The notes: a model not told the origin generated them from the letters alone. Numbered from the stretch's first letter, positions 39,096-49,642 are shown. The stretch: DNA of 64,000 nt from an uncultured Bacteroidales bacterium (GCA_900319405.1 ONOH01000007.1:865-64864), one strand, 5' to 3'. Numbers and translations are program-made.

Positions 39096-39707
39096 ATGGT
39101 TAAAGCAATCGTATTTGATATCGGCGGCGTGCTGGTGGACCTGGACCTGGACCGCTGCATCCGGGCCTTCCGGGAGATACTGGGCTTCGAACGCATTACA
39201 GAGCTTTTGGACGCCAGCCACCAGAAGGGCATCTACGGAGAGATGGAAGCCGGGCTCCTGGGCGCAGACCGTTTCCGCGAACTCATCCTCGCAGAGTCCC
39301 GTCCCGGCTGTACCGAAGCCGATGTGGACCGCGCGATGGCGGCCCTTCTCACCGGCATCCCTTCCCCCGCCGCGCGGGCGGTGAAGGAACTGTCGGCCCG
39401 TTATCCGCTTTATCTTCTTTCCAATAACAATCCCATCTCCATGGCCCGTACCTATGCGCTTTTCCGCGAGGCGGGCATTGAACCGGAGACGGCTTTCCGG
39501 GGTCAGTTCATTTCCTGCGAAATGAAGCTGATGAAACCCTCGCAGGAGTGTTACCGTGAGGTGCAGCGCCGCATCGGCCTCCCCGCCGGGGAAATCCTTT
39601 TCGTGGACGACAACCGGGCCAATGTGGATGCCGCCCTCCTCGCCGGCTGGCAGGCCCGCCACTACATCCCCGGCACCGATTTGCGCAACCTCCTGGCCGA
39701 TTTGTAG
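39096..39707 (+). CDS. HAD-family phosphatase
   Basis: FDIGGVL, LLSNNN, MKP and FVDD motifs. Confidence 0.9.
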   Translation: MVKAIVFDIGGVLVDLDLDRCIRAFREILGFERITELLDASHQKGIYGEMEAGLLGADRFRELILAESRPGCTEADVDRAMAALLTGIPSPAARAVKELSARYPLYLLSNNNPISMARTYALFREAGIEPETAFRGQFISCEMKLMKPSQECYREVQRRIGLPAGEILFVDDNRANVDAALLAGWQARHYIPGTDLRNLLADL

Positions 39708-39708
39708 C

Positions 39709-41061
39709 ATGTCGTTCTACTCCTACTTCCGAATCAGCAAGCCGCGGGCGCAGAAAGTGCCGGCGCAGGAGGTGGATGCCGCTTACAGACGCCTTCGCTC
39801 CCGGACGTTCTGGGGTGTGACGCTGGCCTATACGCTCTACTATGTCTGCCGGATGACCCTGGGCGTGGTGAAGCAGCCGCTCATCGACGGCGGCGTGCTC
39901 ACGGCCGGGCAGCTGGGCATCATCGGATCGGCCTTCTACTTTGTCTATGCGGTGGGGAAGTTCACCAACGGCTTCATTGCCGACTATTGCAACATCCGCC
40001 GCTTCATGGCCGTTGGGATTGGCATATCGGCCGTGGTGAACCTTATTCTGGGGGTGCTGGGCCTTCTTCGGGGGCCGCTGGCGCTGGGGTCGATGTTCGT
40101 TCTGCTTACTTTCGCCGTCCTCTGGGGCGTGAACGGATGGATGCAGAGCATGGGTTCGCCGCCCGGCACCATCAGCCTGTCGCGCTGGTACCCGCTTTCG
40201 CGGCGCGGCACCATGTACAGCATTTTCAGCTCCACCCCGCAGCTCGGGAAGGCCGTCTCCATGATCATGACGGGCTTCATCGTAGCGGCGGCGGGCTGGC
40301 AGTGGGGCTTCCTGGCCGCAGCGGTGGCGGGCTTTATCGGCCTTGCCGTTTCACTCATCTTTATTGCCGACACGCCCGAGAGCGAAGGGCTCCCTTCCGT
40401 GCAGGAGCTCTCCGGAGAGGAAGTCCGGCCGATGGACAAGCGTCCCACCCGGGAACTTCAGAAGTGGGTGTTCCGGCATCCGGGCATCTGGGTCATTGCC
40501 ATCTCCACGGCGTTTCTGTACATCACCCAGCACGCCGTCAGTGACTGGGGCGTCCTCTTCCTGCAGAAGCAGAAAGGCTTCTCGCTGGAGCGGGCGGCGC
40601 AGATTATCGGCCTGGCCGAGATTTTCGGGGTGGCCGGAAATCTTTGCGCGGGATGGTTGTCCGACGTGGCGTTCCGGGGCAACCGCGTACGTCCGGTGGT
40701 CCTTTCCGGCATTCTGGCCGTACTTTCGCTCTTCGCCTTCCTCTTTGGGCAGGGAGGCTTCGGAGCCAATATGGCCTTTGTAGCCGTTTTCAGCTTTGCC
40801 TTTTCGGTGGTCTTCTGCATCGTCGCCGGCCTGATGGCCCTCGACTTCGTTCCCCGCAGGGCCACCGGTGCCGCCCTGGGCATCGTGGGCATTTCCAGCT
40901 ACGCCGCCGCCGGCGTGCAGAGCGTCGCCAGCGGCTTCCTCATCCAGGGATTCACCTCCGAGGGCATCTATGACTTCGGCCCCGTTTCCATCTTCTGGAT
41001 CATTGCCTGCCTCCTCGCCTTCGTCCTTCCCGTCCTGGGCTGGAAATACCTCCGCCACTAG
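39709..41061 (+). CDS. MFS transporter, GlpT/UhpC (organophosphate) type
   Basis: YYVCR, NGWMQSMG.PP, RWYP..RRGT and DTPE..GLP motifs; about 12 TM helices. Confidence 0.85.
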   Translation: MSFYSYFRISKPRAQKVPAQEVDAAYRRLRSRTFWGVTLAYTLYYVCRMTLGVVKQPLIDGGVLTAGQLGIIGSAFYFVYAVGKFTNGFIADYCNIRRFMAVGIGISAVVNLILGVLGLLRGPLALGSMFVLLTFAVLWGVNGWMQSMGSPPGTISLSRWYPLSRRGTMYSIFSSTPQLGKAVSMIMTGFIVAAAGWQWGFLAAAVAGFIGLAVSLIFIADTPESEGLPSVQELSGEEVRPMDKRPTRELQKWVFRHPGIWVIAISTAFLYITQHAVSDWGVLFLQKQKGFSLERAAQIIGLAEIFGVAGNLCAGWLSDVAFRGNRVRPVVLSGILAVLSLFAFLFGQGGFGANMAFVAVFSFAFSVVFCIVAGLMALDFVPRRATGAALGIVGISSYAAAGVQSVASGFLIQGFTSEGIYDFGPVSIFWIIACLLAFVLPVLGWKYLRH

Positions 41062-42683
41062 CGGGGGCCTTTTGCCGTTATGGGCCAAAACACGGCGGGC
41101 TTGTAGCGGAGGCTGAGGTAGAGGGCGCGGATGGCCAGATGGGTGAAGTAGGCGGCCATCAGGATGTGCAGGCCGATTTCCGGGGACAGGTTTCCTATGC
41201 TCATGTCCAGGGCTCCCATTTCGATGCCATCCATGTCCAGGCTTCCGGCGTTAAGGGCATCGGCCAGCCATCGGCCGGCAAACCATACTGCAAAGAAGCC
41301 GATGGCGCAAAGCAAAGTACTGTTCCTGAGGTCTTTGGATGCGGTTGCGCCAGTAAAAATTCCGTCCCAGGTGAAAGCCGGGCAGCCGATGAGCGGCATC
41401 AGCAGGAGCCAGGGAATGAAGGGCCGGGCCGCATCCACGACCGCAGAGTCTGAAGTCATAAGGCGGAAGAGGGGCGTGCCGCCAAAGCCATACAGCAGCA
41501 TGAACACCGCCGCCAGACCGAAGCCCCAGGCAAAGGCCCCGCGTACGGTGGAACGAACGCCGTCGGGCGACTGTCCGCCGATGAACCGCCCCGTCAACGC
41601 TTCGCCCGCATAAGCAAAACCGTCGGTGAAATAGCTGAAAACCATCAGCAGTTTCATCAGGATGGTGCTCACCGCCAGCATTTGGTCTCCGAGCCGTGCA
41701 CTCAGGACGGTAAAGCCGATATACACCGCAATCATCCCCACCGATCGCAGGAAAAGGTCCCGGTTCAGGGTAAAAAACGCACGTTTTGCTCCGCCTGCCG
41801 CTTCCGTCCCGCCCGTAGGTTTTGCACGCCGACCTGTAACATGCTGACAGTCAGGCGTTTCTGTGAAATCCTCTGCGCAAAAAGTGCAGAGGATTTTCCA
41901 TAATCTACTGATTTTCAGTCGATTATGGACCAGGCACAGGGCGAGGAGAAGGCCGGTCCACTGGGCAATCACGGTACCCCAGGCCACGCCGGCAAAACCC
42001 AGGGAGGGCAAAAAGAGAAAGCCGAAACCCAGGCCCAGCGACAGGAGGATATTGCAGAGGTTGATCCACAGGTCCACCAGCATAGGCCGGAAGCTATCCT
42101 GAAGGCCGATGAACCACCCCTTCAGCGCAAAAAGAGAAAGCGTAGCCGGGGCCGCCCAGATGCGGATGTAGAAGTATTGGGTGGCCAGCGCCTGCACCTC
42201 GGGGGAACAGTCAACGACCAGGAAAGCCAGCTGCACCACCACCCACTGCAGGGCAATCAGCGCTACCCCCGAAAGCAGCGCAATCCGCAGCGCCCGCCCC
42301 AGGATACGATAAATGCTATTTATAGCTTCTGTACGTTGGCTTTGAAAGGCATCATCAGGCGCCCCGCCGGCCCCGGAATTTTGCGTGACCAAAATCGAAG
42401 AGGGCGTCGCGGGGGATGATAGGGGGCAGAGCGTCCTCAGAAAGCCGTAGGCCTGGGCGGTGAGGCCGCCGGTGCCGGCGCGGAGGAATCCGAAGTTCCA
42501 GTACAGGAGGTCGAAGAGCATCGTGCCCACGGAAATGCCGCCGATAAAGGCCGCTCCGGAAATGTTGCCGATGGCGCCGAGGTGCCCCACCACGGCGATA
42601 TCCACCATCCCCACCAAGGGCACGGTGATATTGGCCAGGATGCTGGGCCCCGCCAGACGGAGGATTTCCCTGTTCAGCTTCAT
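41058..42683 (-). CDS. MATE efflux transporter (DinF-like) with three apparent in-frame insertions
   Basis: ILANITVPL.G.VD.A.VGHL, FGFLR.GT.GLTAQA.G and SYFTDGFAYAGEAL.G motifs; 541 aa. Confidence 0.88.
   Translation of the reverse strand: MKLNREILRLAGPSILANITVPLVGMVDIAVVGHLGAIGNISGAAFIGGISVGTMLFDLLYWNFGFLRAGTGGLTAQAYGFLRTLCPLSSPATPSSILVTQNSGAGGAPDDAFQSQRTEAINSIYRILGRALRIALLSGVALIALQWVVVQLAFLVVDCSPEVQALATQYFYIRIWAAPATLSLFALKGWFIGLQDSFRPMLVDLWINLCNILLSLGLGFGFLFLPSLGFAGVAWGTVIAQWTGLLLALCLVHNRLKISRLWKILCTFCAEDFTETPDCQHVTGRRAKPTGGTEAAGGAKRAFFTLNRDLFLRSVGMIAVYIGFTVLSARLGDQMLAVSTILMKLLMVFSYFTDGFAYAGEALTGRFIGGQSPDGVRSTVRGAFAWGFGLAAVFMLLYGFGGTPLFRLMTSDSAVVDAARPFIPWLLLMPLIGCPAFTWDGIFTGATASKDLRNSTLLCAIGFFAVWFAGRWLADALNAGSLDMDGIEMGALDMSIGNLSPEIGLHILMAAYFTHLAIRALYLSLRYKPAVFWPITAKGPR
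41837..41925. repeat. 89-bp tripartite palindromic element, copy 5, inside the MATE CDS
   Basis: Arms 41837-41861 and 41901-41925, core 41867-41895. Confidence 0.92.
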
Positions 42684-43606
42684 CTGAACTTCTTGTCTTC
42701 TTCCAGCATGCCCAGGTAGGAGTTGTAACGCTCAGGGGAAATGAGGCCCCGGTCCACGGCGTCCTTGACGGCGCAACCGGGCTCGTGCGTATGCGTACAG
42801 GGGATAAAACGGCAGCCATCGGCCTCCCTGAGCATCTCCGGGAAGTAGCGGGCAATCTCCTCTTTCTGCACATCCACCAGTCCGAAGCCCCGGATGCCGG
42901 GGGAGTCAATGACAAAACCTCCGGAGGCCAGGGGGTACATTTCGTACAGGGAGGTGGTGTGCCGCCCCTGCAGATGGGCGGTGGAGATGGCTCCGATCTT
43001 GGGGTCCAGCGATGGGTCCAGCGCTTTGATAAGGGACGATTTTCCCACCCCCGACTCTCCGGAAAAGAGGTTCACCCGGCCCTTGCAGGCCTCCCGGATT
43101 TCCTCAATCCCTTCCCCGCCCGGCACGGAAGTCTCGATCACCGGATAGCCGGCCGCCTCATAAATGGAACGGAAGTGCGCAATCTCTTCCGGCGCCAGTC
43201 CCCGGTACATGTCCGTTTTGCTCAGGACGATGGTGGCCGGGATGCCATAGAGCTCACAGGTGACCAGGATACGGTCCAGGAAGGGCAGCTTGACTTCCGG
43301 AAAGTACAGGGATACAATGACATAGGCCCTGTCGATATTGGCGGCGATGATATGCGCCTGCCGCGACAGGTTGGTGGAACGGCGGATGAGGTAGTTGCGC
43401 CGGGGCAGGATCTCGCTGATGACGCAGCCGTCGTCATCGGCCTGGTAGCGCACACGGTCTCCCACGGCGACGGGGTTGGTGATTTCGCTGGCTTTGAGGC
43501 GGATTTTCCCGCGCAGCACCGCCGGGAAAAGCTCCCACGCCGGCAGTTCCGACAGCAGATAATGGCTGCCGGCATTCTTCACGACCGTTGCTTCCCCGCT
43601 TCTCAT
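42680..43606 (-). CDS. rsgA: Ribosome small subunit-dependent GTPase A
   Basis: VAVGD, AANID, GESGVGKSSL, GRHTT, DSPG and C.F..C.H..EPGC zinc motifs. Confidence 0.95.
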   Translation of the reverse strand: MRSGEATVVKNAGSHYLLSELPAWELFPAVLRGKIRLKASEITNPVAVGDRVRYQADDDGCVISEILPRRNYLIRRSTNLSRQAHIIAANIDRAYVIVSLYFPEVKLPFLDRILVTCELYGIPATIVLSKTDMYRGLAPEEIAHFRSIYEAAGYPVIETSVPGGEGIEEIREACKGRVNLFSGESGVGKSSLIKALDPSLDPKIGAISTAHLQGRHTTSLYEMYPLASGGFVIDSPGIRGFGLVDVQKEEIARYFPEMLREADGCRFIPCTHTHEPGCAVKDAVDRGLISPERYNSYLGMLEEDKKFR

Positions 43607-44700
43607 TACCGCGGCCGTTTCCAATTCCCGGGGACCTCGCCGAGTGCCTCGCGCAGGAACGGTTCCAACAAATCGGCATAGTGCGTCATTCCCCGGTCGG
43701 TAAAGTGGACGCCGTCCACGAAGTCTTCCTGGTCGGTCATTGAGAAAGAATGGACATAGAAAAGAAGCTTTTCTCCGGCTGCCACCAAGCGCTCGTAGAG
43801 GGCCCTCTGGGCGGCATTTCTGACGGACACCTCCGTGGCCCTGGTCTGATCCAGGAGCGCGTGCGAAAAGTGGGGATCTTCCACAAAAATCACAGGCACA
43901 TTGGGATGAGCCTCCCGAAGAATCCGGAAAAACGCCTCTCCCTTTTCCTCGATCATGCTTTCCGAGGCATTGGGAACATAGTCCAGCACAAAGACGGAAG
44001 GGTCCGGCACGGACGCCATCAGATGGGCAAGCTCGCTGTCCAGGTGGGCATTCCCGCTGAAGCCGAGGTTGATCACCGTACGGTCCAGCCGTCGGGCCAG
44101 GATGTTGGTATGGGCCATCCCGGGCCGGGAGGCGCAGCCTCCCTGGAGGATGCTGGTCCCGTACATCACCACGGGCTTTTCCGAAACCGGACTCTCCAGT
44201 TCCGGCTGGTAGAGGGCATAGCCTTCCGGAACGCCCAGTTCCAGGGAAAGAATCTCGTCGTACAGTGCCAGATACAGCATATATTCCCGCATGGCGGGCT
44301 GCATATCGCCCACCAGCCGGACCTCATAGTCCTTATTGGCAACCGCCTTTCCAAATCCGGAACGAATGTACTTCCATTCTCCGTCCAGATGCGCGTACAA
44401 GTCCAATCCTCCGGTACCGCAGTCGGTCATGTGGGGCATGTGGTGGCCTGTGTTGCTCCAGCGTGCGTGTATTTCCGGGGCATCGGTGCGGAAGCGCAGA
44501 TACAGACCGGCTGAGTGCCGGCCAAGGTTCCAGACGGCTTCCCGTGTCACTCCCTCCAGGGAGGCGGGAAGCCGCCGATAACCATCGGTTTCCGCAGCCT
44601 TTCCGTACAGCGGAAGGGCCGATGCGTCCGTGTATGTCACCTGGCCCCGGAGCCCCAGGCAGGAGGCCAGCAAAGCAAGACTCAATAAGATTCTTTTCAT
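43606..44700 (-). CDS. Secreted SGNH/GDSL hydrolase (GxDLY N-terminal domain)
   Basis: Signal peptide; GLDLY, YGTSI.QG, NLGFSGN and DGVH motifs. Confidence 0.85.
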   Translation of the reverse strand: MKRILLSLALLASCLGLRGQVTYTDASALPLYGKAAETDGYRRLPASLEGVTREAVWNLGRHSAGLYLRFRTDAPEIHARWSNTGHHMPHMTDCGTGGLDLYAHLDGEWKYIRSGFGKAVANKDYEVRLVGDMQPAMREYMLYLALYDEILSLELGVPEGYALYQPELESPVSEKPVVMYGTSILQGGCASRPGMAHTNILARRLDRTVINLGFSGNAHLDSELAHLMASVPDPSVFVLDYVPNASESMIEEKGEAFFRILREAHPNVPVIFVEDPHFSHALLDQTRATEVSVRNAAQRALYERLVAAGEKLLFYVHSFSMTDQEDFVDGVHFTDRGMTHYADLLEPFLREALGEVPGNWKRPR

Positions 44701-44701
44701 A

Positions 44702-47134
44702 CTATTTCCCTCTTCCGGCAGCGCCCACGAGCGTGCGGATGTGTTTGTTCAGTTTTTCATTGGCGATGAGGCTCTCCAGCGTGCAGTGCATCCGGTAGCG
44801 CCAGTAATAGCGCGGAATGGCGGGTACGTTGATGCGCTCATCGGCCGGATTGCCGCCGTAGCGGACCTCTCCGTCGATGGCCAGCCAGTCCTGCAGGGGC
44901 AGGATGGCCAGGATGGCGGGAGAAGCCATGTGCCGGGCGATGATGAGCTCCGCCGTCCACGGCTCGCAGAAGTAGGGTGCGTCACCCTCGCAGCCCAGCA
45001 CATTGTTGTAGTACTGCTGGGTGAGGGCACGATCTTCTTCCCACCAGGCGCGAAGCGGCGAGGTGTCGTGCGTTCCCGTGGCGCAGACGCACCAGTAAGG
45101 ATAGCGCTCCGGATGGCCGAAGGCGTCCCGGGGGTCTTTGGGCATCCGCTGGATTTCCAGCGAGAGGATGTTGAGGTCTTCCATCACGGAGGCGACGCAG
45201 CCCGGAATCATTCCCAGGTCTTCGCCGCAGGAGAGCATTCCGGTCGAGCGCAGCAGGGCCGGAAGCTTGTGAAGGGCGCTTTGGCGCCAGAAATCGTCGT
45301 GGCGGCGCCAGAAGAAGTCTTCGCTGAGCTCCAGATAACGCTGCTTGAGCGTTTCGGGCAGCCACTGGAAGCGCTGGGTTTTCTCCCCGGTGATGCGGGG
45401 GTGCCAGTAATCGGCCTTGCGGAGATCTTCCACGAAGAGGGTGTCGGTGCCGTCGGCGTCGCCGGGGTTGAAGCCCATTCCGCGAAGTTCCTCCCCGGAG
45501 TAGGGAAGGGCGGGGTAGAAATGGCCCATCAGTCCGCTCTGGTAGGCAACAGGAATCTCCCAGATGCGGAAAAAGCCCAGGATATGGTCTATGCGGAAGG
45601 CATCGAAGTATTCCGCCATCTTGCCCATACGGGCCTTCCACCAGGCGTAACCGTCCTTGGCCATCTCTTCCCAGTTGTAGGTGGGGAAGCCCCAGTTCTG
45701 GCCGTCTTCGGCGAAAGCATCCGGCGGTGCGCCGGCCTGGGTATCCAGATGGAAGAGCTGCGGGTGCTGCCAGGCGTCCACGCTCCGGCGGCTCACGCCG
45801 ATGGGGAGGTCTCCCTTGAGGGCCACTCCGTGAAGGTGCGCATATTCCACCACTTCCCGGAGCTGGGCATCCAGCAGGAACTGGACATAGCAGTAGAAGT
45901 TCACCGGATCTTCGTTTTCGCGGGCAAAGGCCTGAACCTTTTTGGCGTTGTAGGTGCCCAGCTGTTCCCAGTAGCTGTAATCCGGCGTTCCGTAGAGGTC
46001 TCTCAGAACGCTGAAAACGGCATAAGGGATGAGCCAGTCACGGTTTTGGTCCAGAAAGGCCTTGTACTGGGGAGAGGCGAGAACGGCCTTGCCCTTTGCA
46101 CCCTTGTAGAGCTTTCGGAGCAGCTGGATCTTGGCGCTGTTCACCGCCTCGTAGTCCACGGCGGGAAGGGCCTCCAGCTCTGCCTTCTTGGCCTTGTAAG
46201 CGGCATCCTGCCGCACCCCGGCGGCCGGCAGATGGATATACTGGGGATGCAGGGCGAAGGAGCTGACGGCGTTGTAGGGATAGGAATCCTGCCAGTTCCC
46301 GGCCTTGGTGGTGTCGTTGATGGGGAGCAGCTGCACCACGTTCTGTCCGGTCTTGACGGCCCAGTCCACCAGGCGCTTGATGTCGTTGAACTCTCCCACG
46401 CCGAAGCTCTCTTCGCTGCGGAGCGAGAATACCGGAACGGCCACGCCGGACCCGCGCCAGGGCTCCGTGGGGAAGCGGGGGGTGAGGTCTGCGATGACAA
46501 GCTGGGTATCCTTTGGGGGAACTTCCGCAAAAAAGTGGTTGGGACCCTCTTCCCAGAGGCGGATTTCGCGGGTTTTGCTGTTGGCGATTACGAATTTATA
46601 CTCCATCGGCTCCTCCACGTCCAGGGTGGCGAACCACCAGGGGAAGCCATCGTCCTTCATCAGGAGCACTTTGTTCCAGTTTCCCAGCAGTTTCCCGGAC
46701 CCTACGATGCCCACGGATTCTTCGCTGCGCACTTCCGGCGCGGCGATGCGGATGCACACATTCCCCCGGTCCGGTGCCTGGCTCTGCCTTTGGCGGAAGG
46801 ACATCCCGGACGGTCTCCGGAAAATGACATCGCTGAAGGCCGATGAATAAAAGGCCGAATTGGAGGGGCGCTCCTGCCAGCGGGAGCGGACGATGATATT
46901 CTTGTGGGTGGCGGGAGCCTTGTAGCGGTGGGCGCGCCATTCGCGCTTGACGACCTTCCCGTCGCGGACCAGCTCGAAGGAGAATTCGTCCCCGTCGCGC
47001 AGCTGGCGTCCGGTGAGCACGATCTGCCACAGGCCGCCCAGGGAATAATCCATCACGATGCTGCGCTTTCCCAGCTTGAGCCTGACGCTTTCTCCCCATT
47101 GGGTGTGATACTGAAGTTGAATGTTGATGGTCAT
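44702..47134 (-). CDS. malQ: 4-alpha-glucanotransferase (CBM20 + GH77)
   Basis: CBM20-like N-terminus; PVFSLRS, QLLPINDT, KGDLPIG, RIDHILGFFRIW, GEDLG and THD motifs. Confidence 0.93.
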   Translation of the reverse strand: MTINIQLQYHTQWGESVRLKLGKRSIVMDYSLGGLWQIVLTGRQLRDGDEFSFELVRDGKVVKREWRAHRYKAPATHKNIIVRSRWQERPSNSAFYSSAFSDVIFRRPSGMSFRQRQSQAPDRGNVCIRIAAPEVRSEESVGIVGSGKLLGNWNKVLLMKDDGFPWWFATLDVEEPMEYKFVIANSKTREIRLWEEGPNHFFAEVPPKDTQLVIADLTPRFPTEPWRGSGVAVPVFSLRSEESFGVGEFNDIKRLVDWAVKTGQNVVQLLPINDTTKAGNWQDSYPYNAVSSFALHPQYIHLPAAGVRQDAAYKAKKAELEALPAVDYEAVNSAKIQLLRKLYKGAKGKAVLASPQYKAFLDQNRDWLIPYAVFSVLRDLYGTPDYSYWEQLGTYNAKKVQAFARENEDPVNFYCYVQFLLDAQLREVVEYAHLHGVALKGDLPIGVSRRSVDAWQHPQLFHLDTQAGAPPDAFAEDGQNWGFPTYNWEEMAKDGYAWWKARMGKMAEYFDAFRIDHILGFFRIWEIPVAYQSGLMGHFYPALPYSGEELRGMGFNPGDADGTDTLFVEDLRKADYWHPRITGEKTQRFQWLPETLKQRYLELSEDFFWRRHDDFWRQSALHKLPALLRSTGMLSCGEDLGMIPGCVASVMEDLNILSLEIQRMPKDPRDAFGHPERYPYWCVCATGTHDTSPLRAWWEEDRALTQQYYNNVLGCEGDAPYFCEPWTAELIIARHMASPAILAILPLQDWLAIDGEVRYGGNPADERINVPAIPRYYWRYRMHCTLESLIANEKLNKHIRTLVGAAGRGK

Positions 47135-47264
47135 ATTTCTTTTCAAAAATGAAGGTTAACAAAATTAGTAAAACCCGGTTAAATAGACAAGTGGACGGTA
47201 TCGCTTTTTTTCTGAACTGCACATATATTGCGATGAATGAAAAAAGCAGTAACTTTGCATGGTT

Positions 47265-47609
47265 ATGGCACAGAATGATTGGAAAGACCGTCTGGGGGTG
47301 GTATTCTCCACCAATCCGGATTTTCAATACACCACTTCCGGGGAGGAGGAGGCCGATACGCTCCCTCCGGAGAAGCAGCGGCTCGTTGTGGGCATCGACC
47401 GTCGCAACCGCGGGGGCAAGCAGGTTACGCTGGTGAGCGGTTTCAAGGGACGCTCCGATGACCTGAAGGAACTGGGCCGGACGCTCAAGACCCGCCTCGG
47501 GGTGGGCGGCAGCGCCAAGGAGGGGGAAATCACCGTTCAGGGGGATTTCCGGGACAAGGTGACGGAAATTCTCCGGTCACTGGGATACAACGCCAAAAGA
47601 GGAAACTGA
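47265..47609 (+). CDS. SUI1/YciH translation initiation factor homolog
   Basis: R.GK.VT.V.G, LK..LGVGGSAKEG.I.VQGD motifs. Confidence 0.92.
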   Translation: MAQNDWKDRLGVVFSTNPDFQYTTSGEEEADTLPPEKQRLVVGIDRRNRGGKQVTLVSGFKGRSDDLKELGRTLKTRLGVGGSAKEGEITVQGDFRDKVTEILRSLGYNAKRGN

Positions 47610-48316
47610 TGTGGCAGGACCTGTTTGAAAGCGGCCGGCTGCTGCTGCCGGAGAGCCCTTCGCCGGCCCTTCCGCCGGTGGAGAGCGGGCTTCCGCTGTC
47701 GGCCAAAGTCCTTATTCTGCTGTCCGTGCTGCTGTTTCTGTTGCAGCTCAGGCGTTTTTTCGATCTGGCGCCTTTCCTCTGGAACAGCATTTTCCGCACC
47801 CGGGGCGGCGCCCGGCTGGAAAACAATTACCGCATCAGCCACTACCGCAATGTCCTGGCCATCACCTTTTTACTTCCGGCCGTTCTCCTGATGTACCATT
47901 TTCGGCTTTACAACCCCGCTTTGCTGGCAGGGATGGAGCCGAACCTGCGCCTGCTCTGTGTGGCCGGGGTGTTGCTGGGCTATATTCTGCTCCGCCTTCT
48001 GCTGTACCTGTGGATGCGGCCCCGCCGCCGCGGACGGGATCCATATCAATTGGCCGGACGCCTGAGTTTCACTTTTTTCATAGACCTGATTCTCCTGCTG
48101 TCGGCAACGGTTGGAGTCTGTCTGATTGCAGGAGTCAATGAATTGACAGTCAAAAATATAATTTATGTAGAATGCGTGTTTGCCTACGTGGTTTATTTAA
48201 TCCGGAGAGCACAAATTCTTTCCCTGTTTTGCAATCCTTTCCGAACTTTTTTGTACCTTTGCGGCCTGGAATTTTTCCCGACGGCGCTGCTTATCATTTC
48301 GGCAGTGGTCCTGTAG
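47609..48316 (+). CDS. Hypothetical membrane protein (DUF4271-like)
   Basis: Multi-TM protein ending FLYLC.LE..P; lies directly before the hemD-like gene. Confidence 0.6.
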   Translation: MWQDLFESGRLLLPESPSPALPPVESGLPLSAKVLILLSVLLFLLQLRRFFDLAPFLWNSIFRTRGGARLENNYRISHYRNVLAITFLLPAVLLMYHFRLYNPALLAGMEPNLRLLCVAGVLLGYILLRLLLYLWMRPRRRGRDPYQLAGRLSFTFFIDLILLLSATVGVCLIAGVNELTVKNIIYVECVFAYVVYLIRRAQILSLFCNPFRTFLYLCGLEFFPTALLIISAVVL

Positions 48317-48333
48317 TGTAGAGAAGAGCAAAA

Positions 48334-49077
48334 ATGAACATCCAAAAGATCCTGATTTCTCAGAATGCGCCCCGCGTTCTTTCGCAGTACCAGGCTGTGA
48401 GTGAAAAGTTCGGAGTCAGTTTCGATTTCCGTCCCTTTTTCAAGGTTGAACCCCTTACGTCCAGGGAATTCCGCACCCAGCGGATCAACCTGCTGGATTA
48501 TACGGCCGTGGTTTTTTCGTCCCGCCACACCATAGACGCATTTTTCTCCCTGGCCGAAGAACTCCGCGTCAAGATTCCCGAGACCATGAAATACTTCTGC
48601 ACCACGGAAGTCGTGGCCATGTACCTGCAGAAGCACATCGTTTACCGCAAGCGCAAGATTTTCTACGGAACCGGCACGCCCGAGAGCGTGGTGGCCCTCA
48701 TCGGCCCCAAGCACCGGGGGGAAAAGTTCCTCATCGCGATGTCGGATTCCTCTTCTTCCGACGCGCTCACCTCCCTATTCATCGCCAACCACCTCCAGTA
48801 CACCACCGGAGTGTTCGTAAAGTCGGTGAGCCAGGATCTCAAGGATCTTGACCTGAACTCGTACGATATGGTGGTCTTCTATCATCCGGCCGATGTGAAG
48901 TCCCTTGGGGAGAATTTCCCGGATTTCCGGCAGGGAGAGATGAAGATGGTCGCCTACGGCCGTTCCATCGTCCGTTCCATGGAAGAGGCCGGCCTCCGCA
49001 TCGATGTGAAGGCCCCGTCTCCCGAGGCCCCGTCGGTGGCATCGGCCATCGAGCTGTACCTGAAGAGCTTGACTTAA
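48334..49077 (+). CDS. hemD: Uroporphyrinogen-III synthase-like protein
   Basis: ILISQ..P, DFRPF..VE and YLQK.IVYRKRKIF.G motifs of the Bacteroidetes HemD family. Confidence 0.75.
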   Translation: MNIQKILISQNAPRVLSQYQAVSEKFGVSFDFRPFFKVEPLTSREFRTQRINLLDYTAVVFSSRHTIDAFFSLAEELRVKIPETMKYFCTTEVVAMYLQKHIVYRKRKIFYGTGTPESVVALIGPKHRGEKFLIAMSDSSSSDALTSLFIANHLQYTTGVFVKSVSQDLKDLDLNSYDMVVFYHPADVKSLGENFPDFRQGEMKMVAYGRSIVRSMEEAGLRIDVKAPSPEAPSVASAIELYLKSLT

Positions 49078-49412
49078 TGGATACCACCTTTCCCAAGTCC
49101 GAACGCCTTTGCGGTAAAAAAGCCGTGGAGGCCCTTTTCGAACGGGGAAAAGTTTTTCAGGCAGGCTGTCTCCGCTGCCGATACCTTCTCCGCGAAGATA
49201 CCGAACCTTCCCGCGTAGTCATTTCCGTTCCCAAGCGCCATTTCAAGCGTGCGGTGAAGCGGAACCTCCTCAAGCGCCGCATCCGCGAGAGTTACCGTCG
49301 GCAAAAGCCTGGGGGCGGAGCGGACCTGCTCTTTATCTACACCTCCCGCGAGGTGCTCCCCTACGAAACCATCTACGACGATATGACCCGTGTCCTGGAG
49401 GCCCTGCCATGA
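49077..49412 (+). CDS. rnpA: Ribonuclease P protein component
   Basis: FPKSERL and [23 protein letters not shown] motifs. Confidence 0.93.
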   Translation: MDTTFPKSERLCGKKAVEALFERGKVFQAGCLRCRYLLREDTEPSRVVISVPKRHFKRAVKRNLLKRRIRESYRRQKPGGGADLLFIYTSREVLPYETIYDDMTRVLEALP

Positions 49413-49642
49413 ATCCTGTCCTGAAGAAAGCCCTCATTGCGCCGGCGGTGCTCCTGATCAAGTTCTATCAGCTTTGCATCAGCCCTTTCACGCCGTCCTC
49501 CTGCCGCTACACGCCCAGCTGCTCGCAGTATGCGCTGGAGGCTTTCCGAAAGTATGGTCCCTTCAAGGGCCTTTACCTGACCGTCCGACGCCTGCTCCGC
49601 TGCCACCCCTGGGGAGGAAGCGGCTACGATCCGGTTCCTTAG
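49409..49642 (+). CDS. yidD: Membrane protein insertion efficiency factor
   Basis: YQ..ISP....CRY.PSCSQY and R.LRCHPW..GYDPVP motifs. Confidence 0.95.
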   Translation: MNPVLKKALIAPAVLLIKFYQLCISPFTPSSCRYTPSCSQYALEAFRKYGPFKGLYLTVRRLLRCHPWGGSGYDPVP

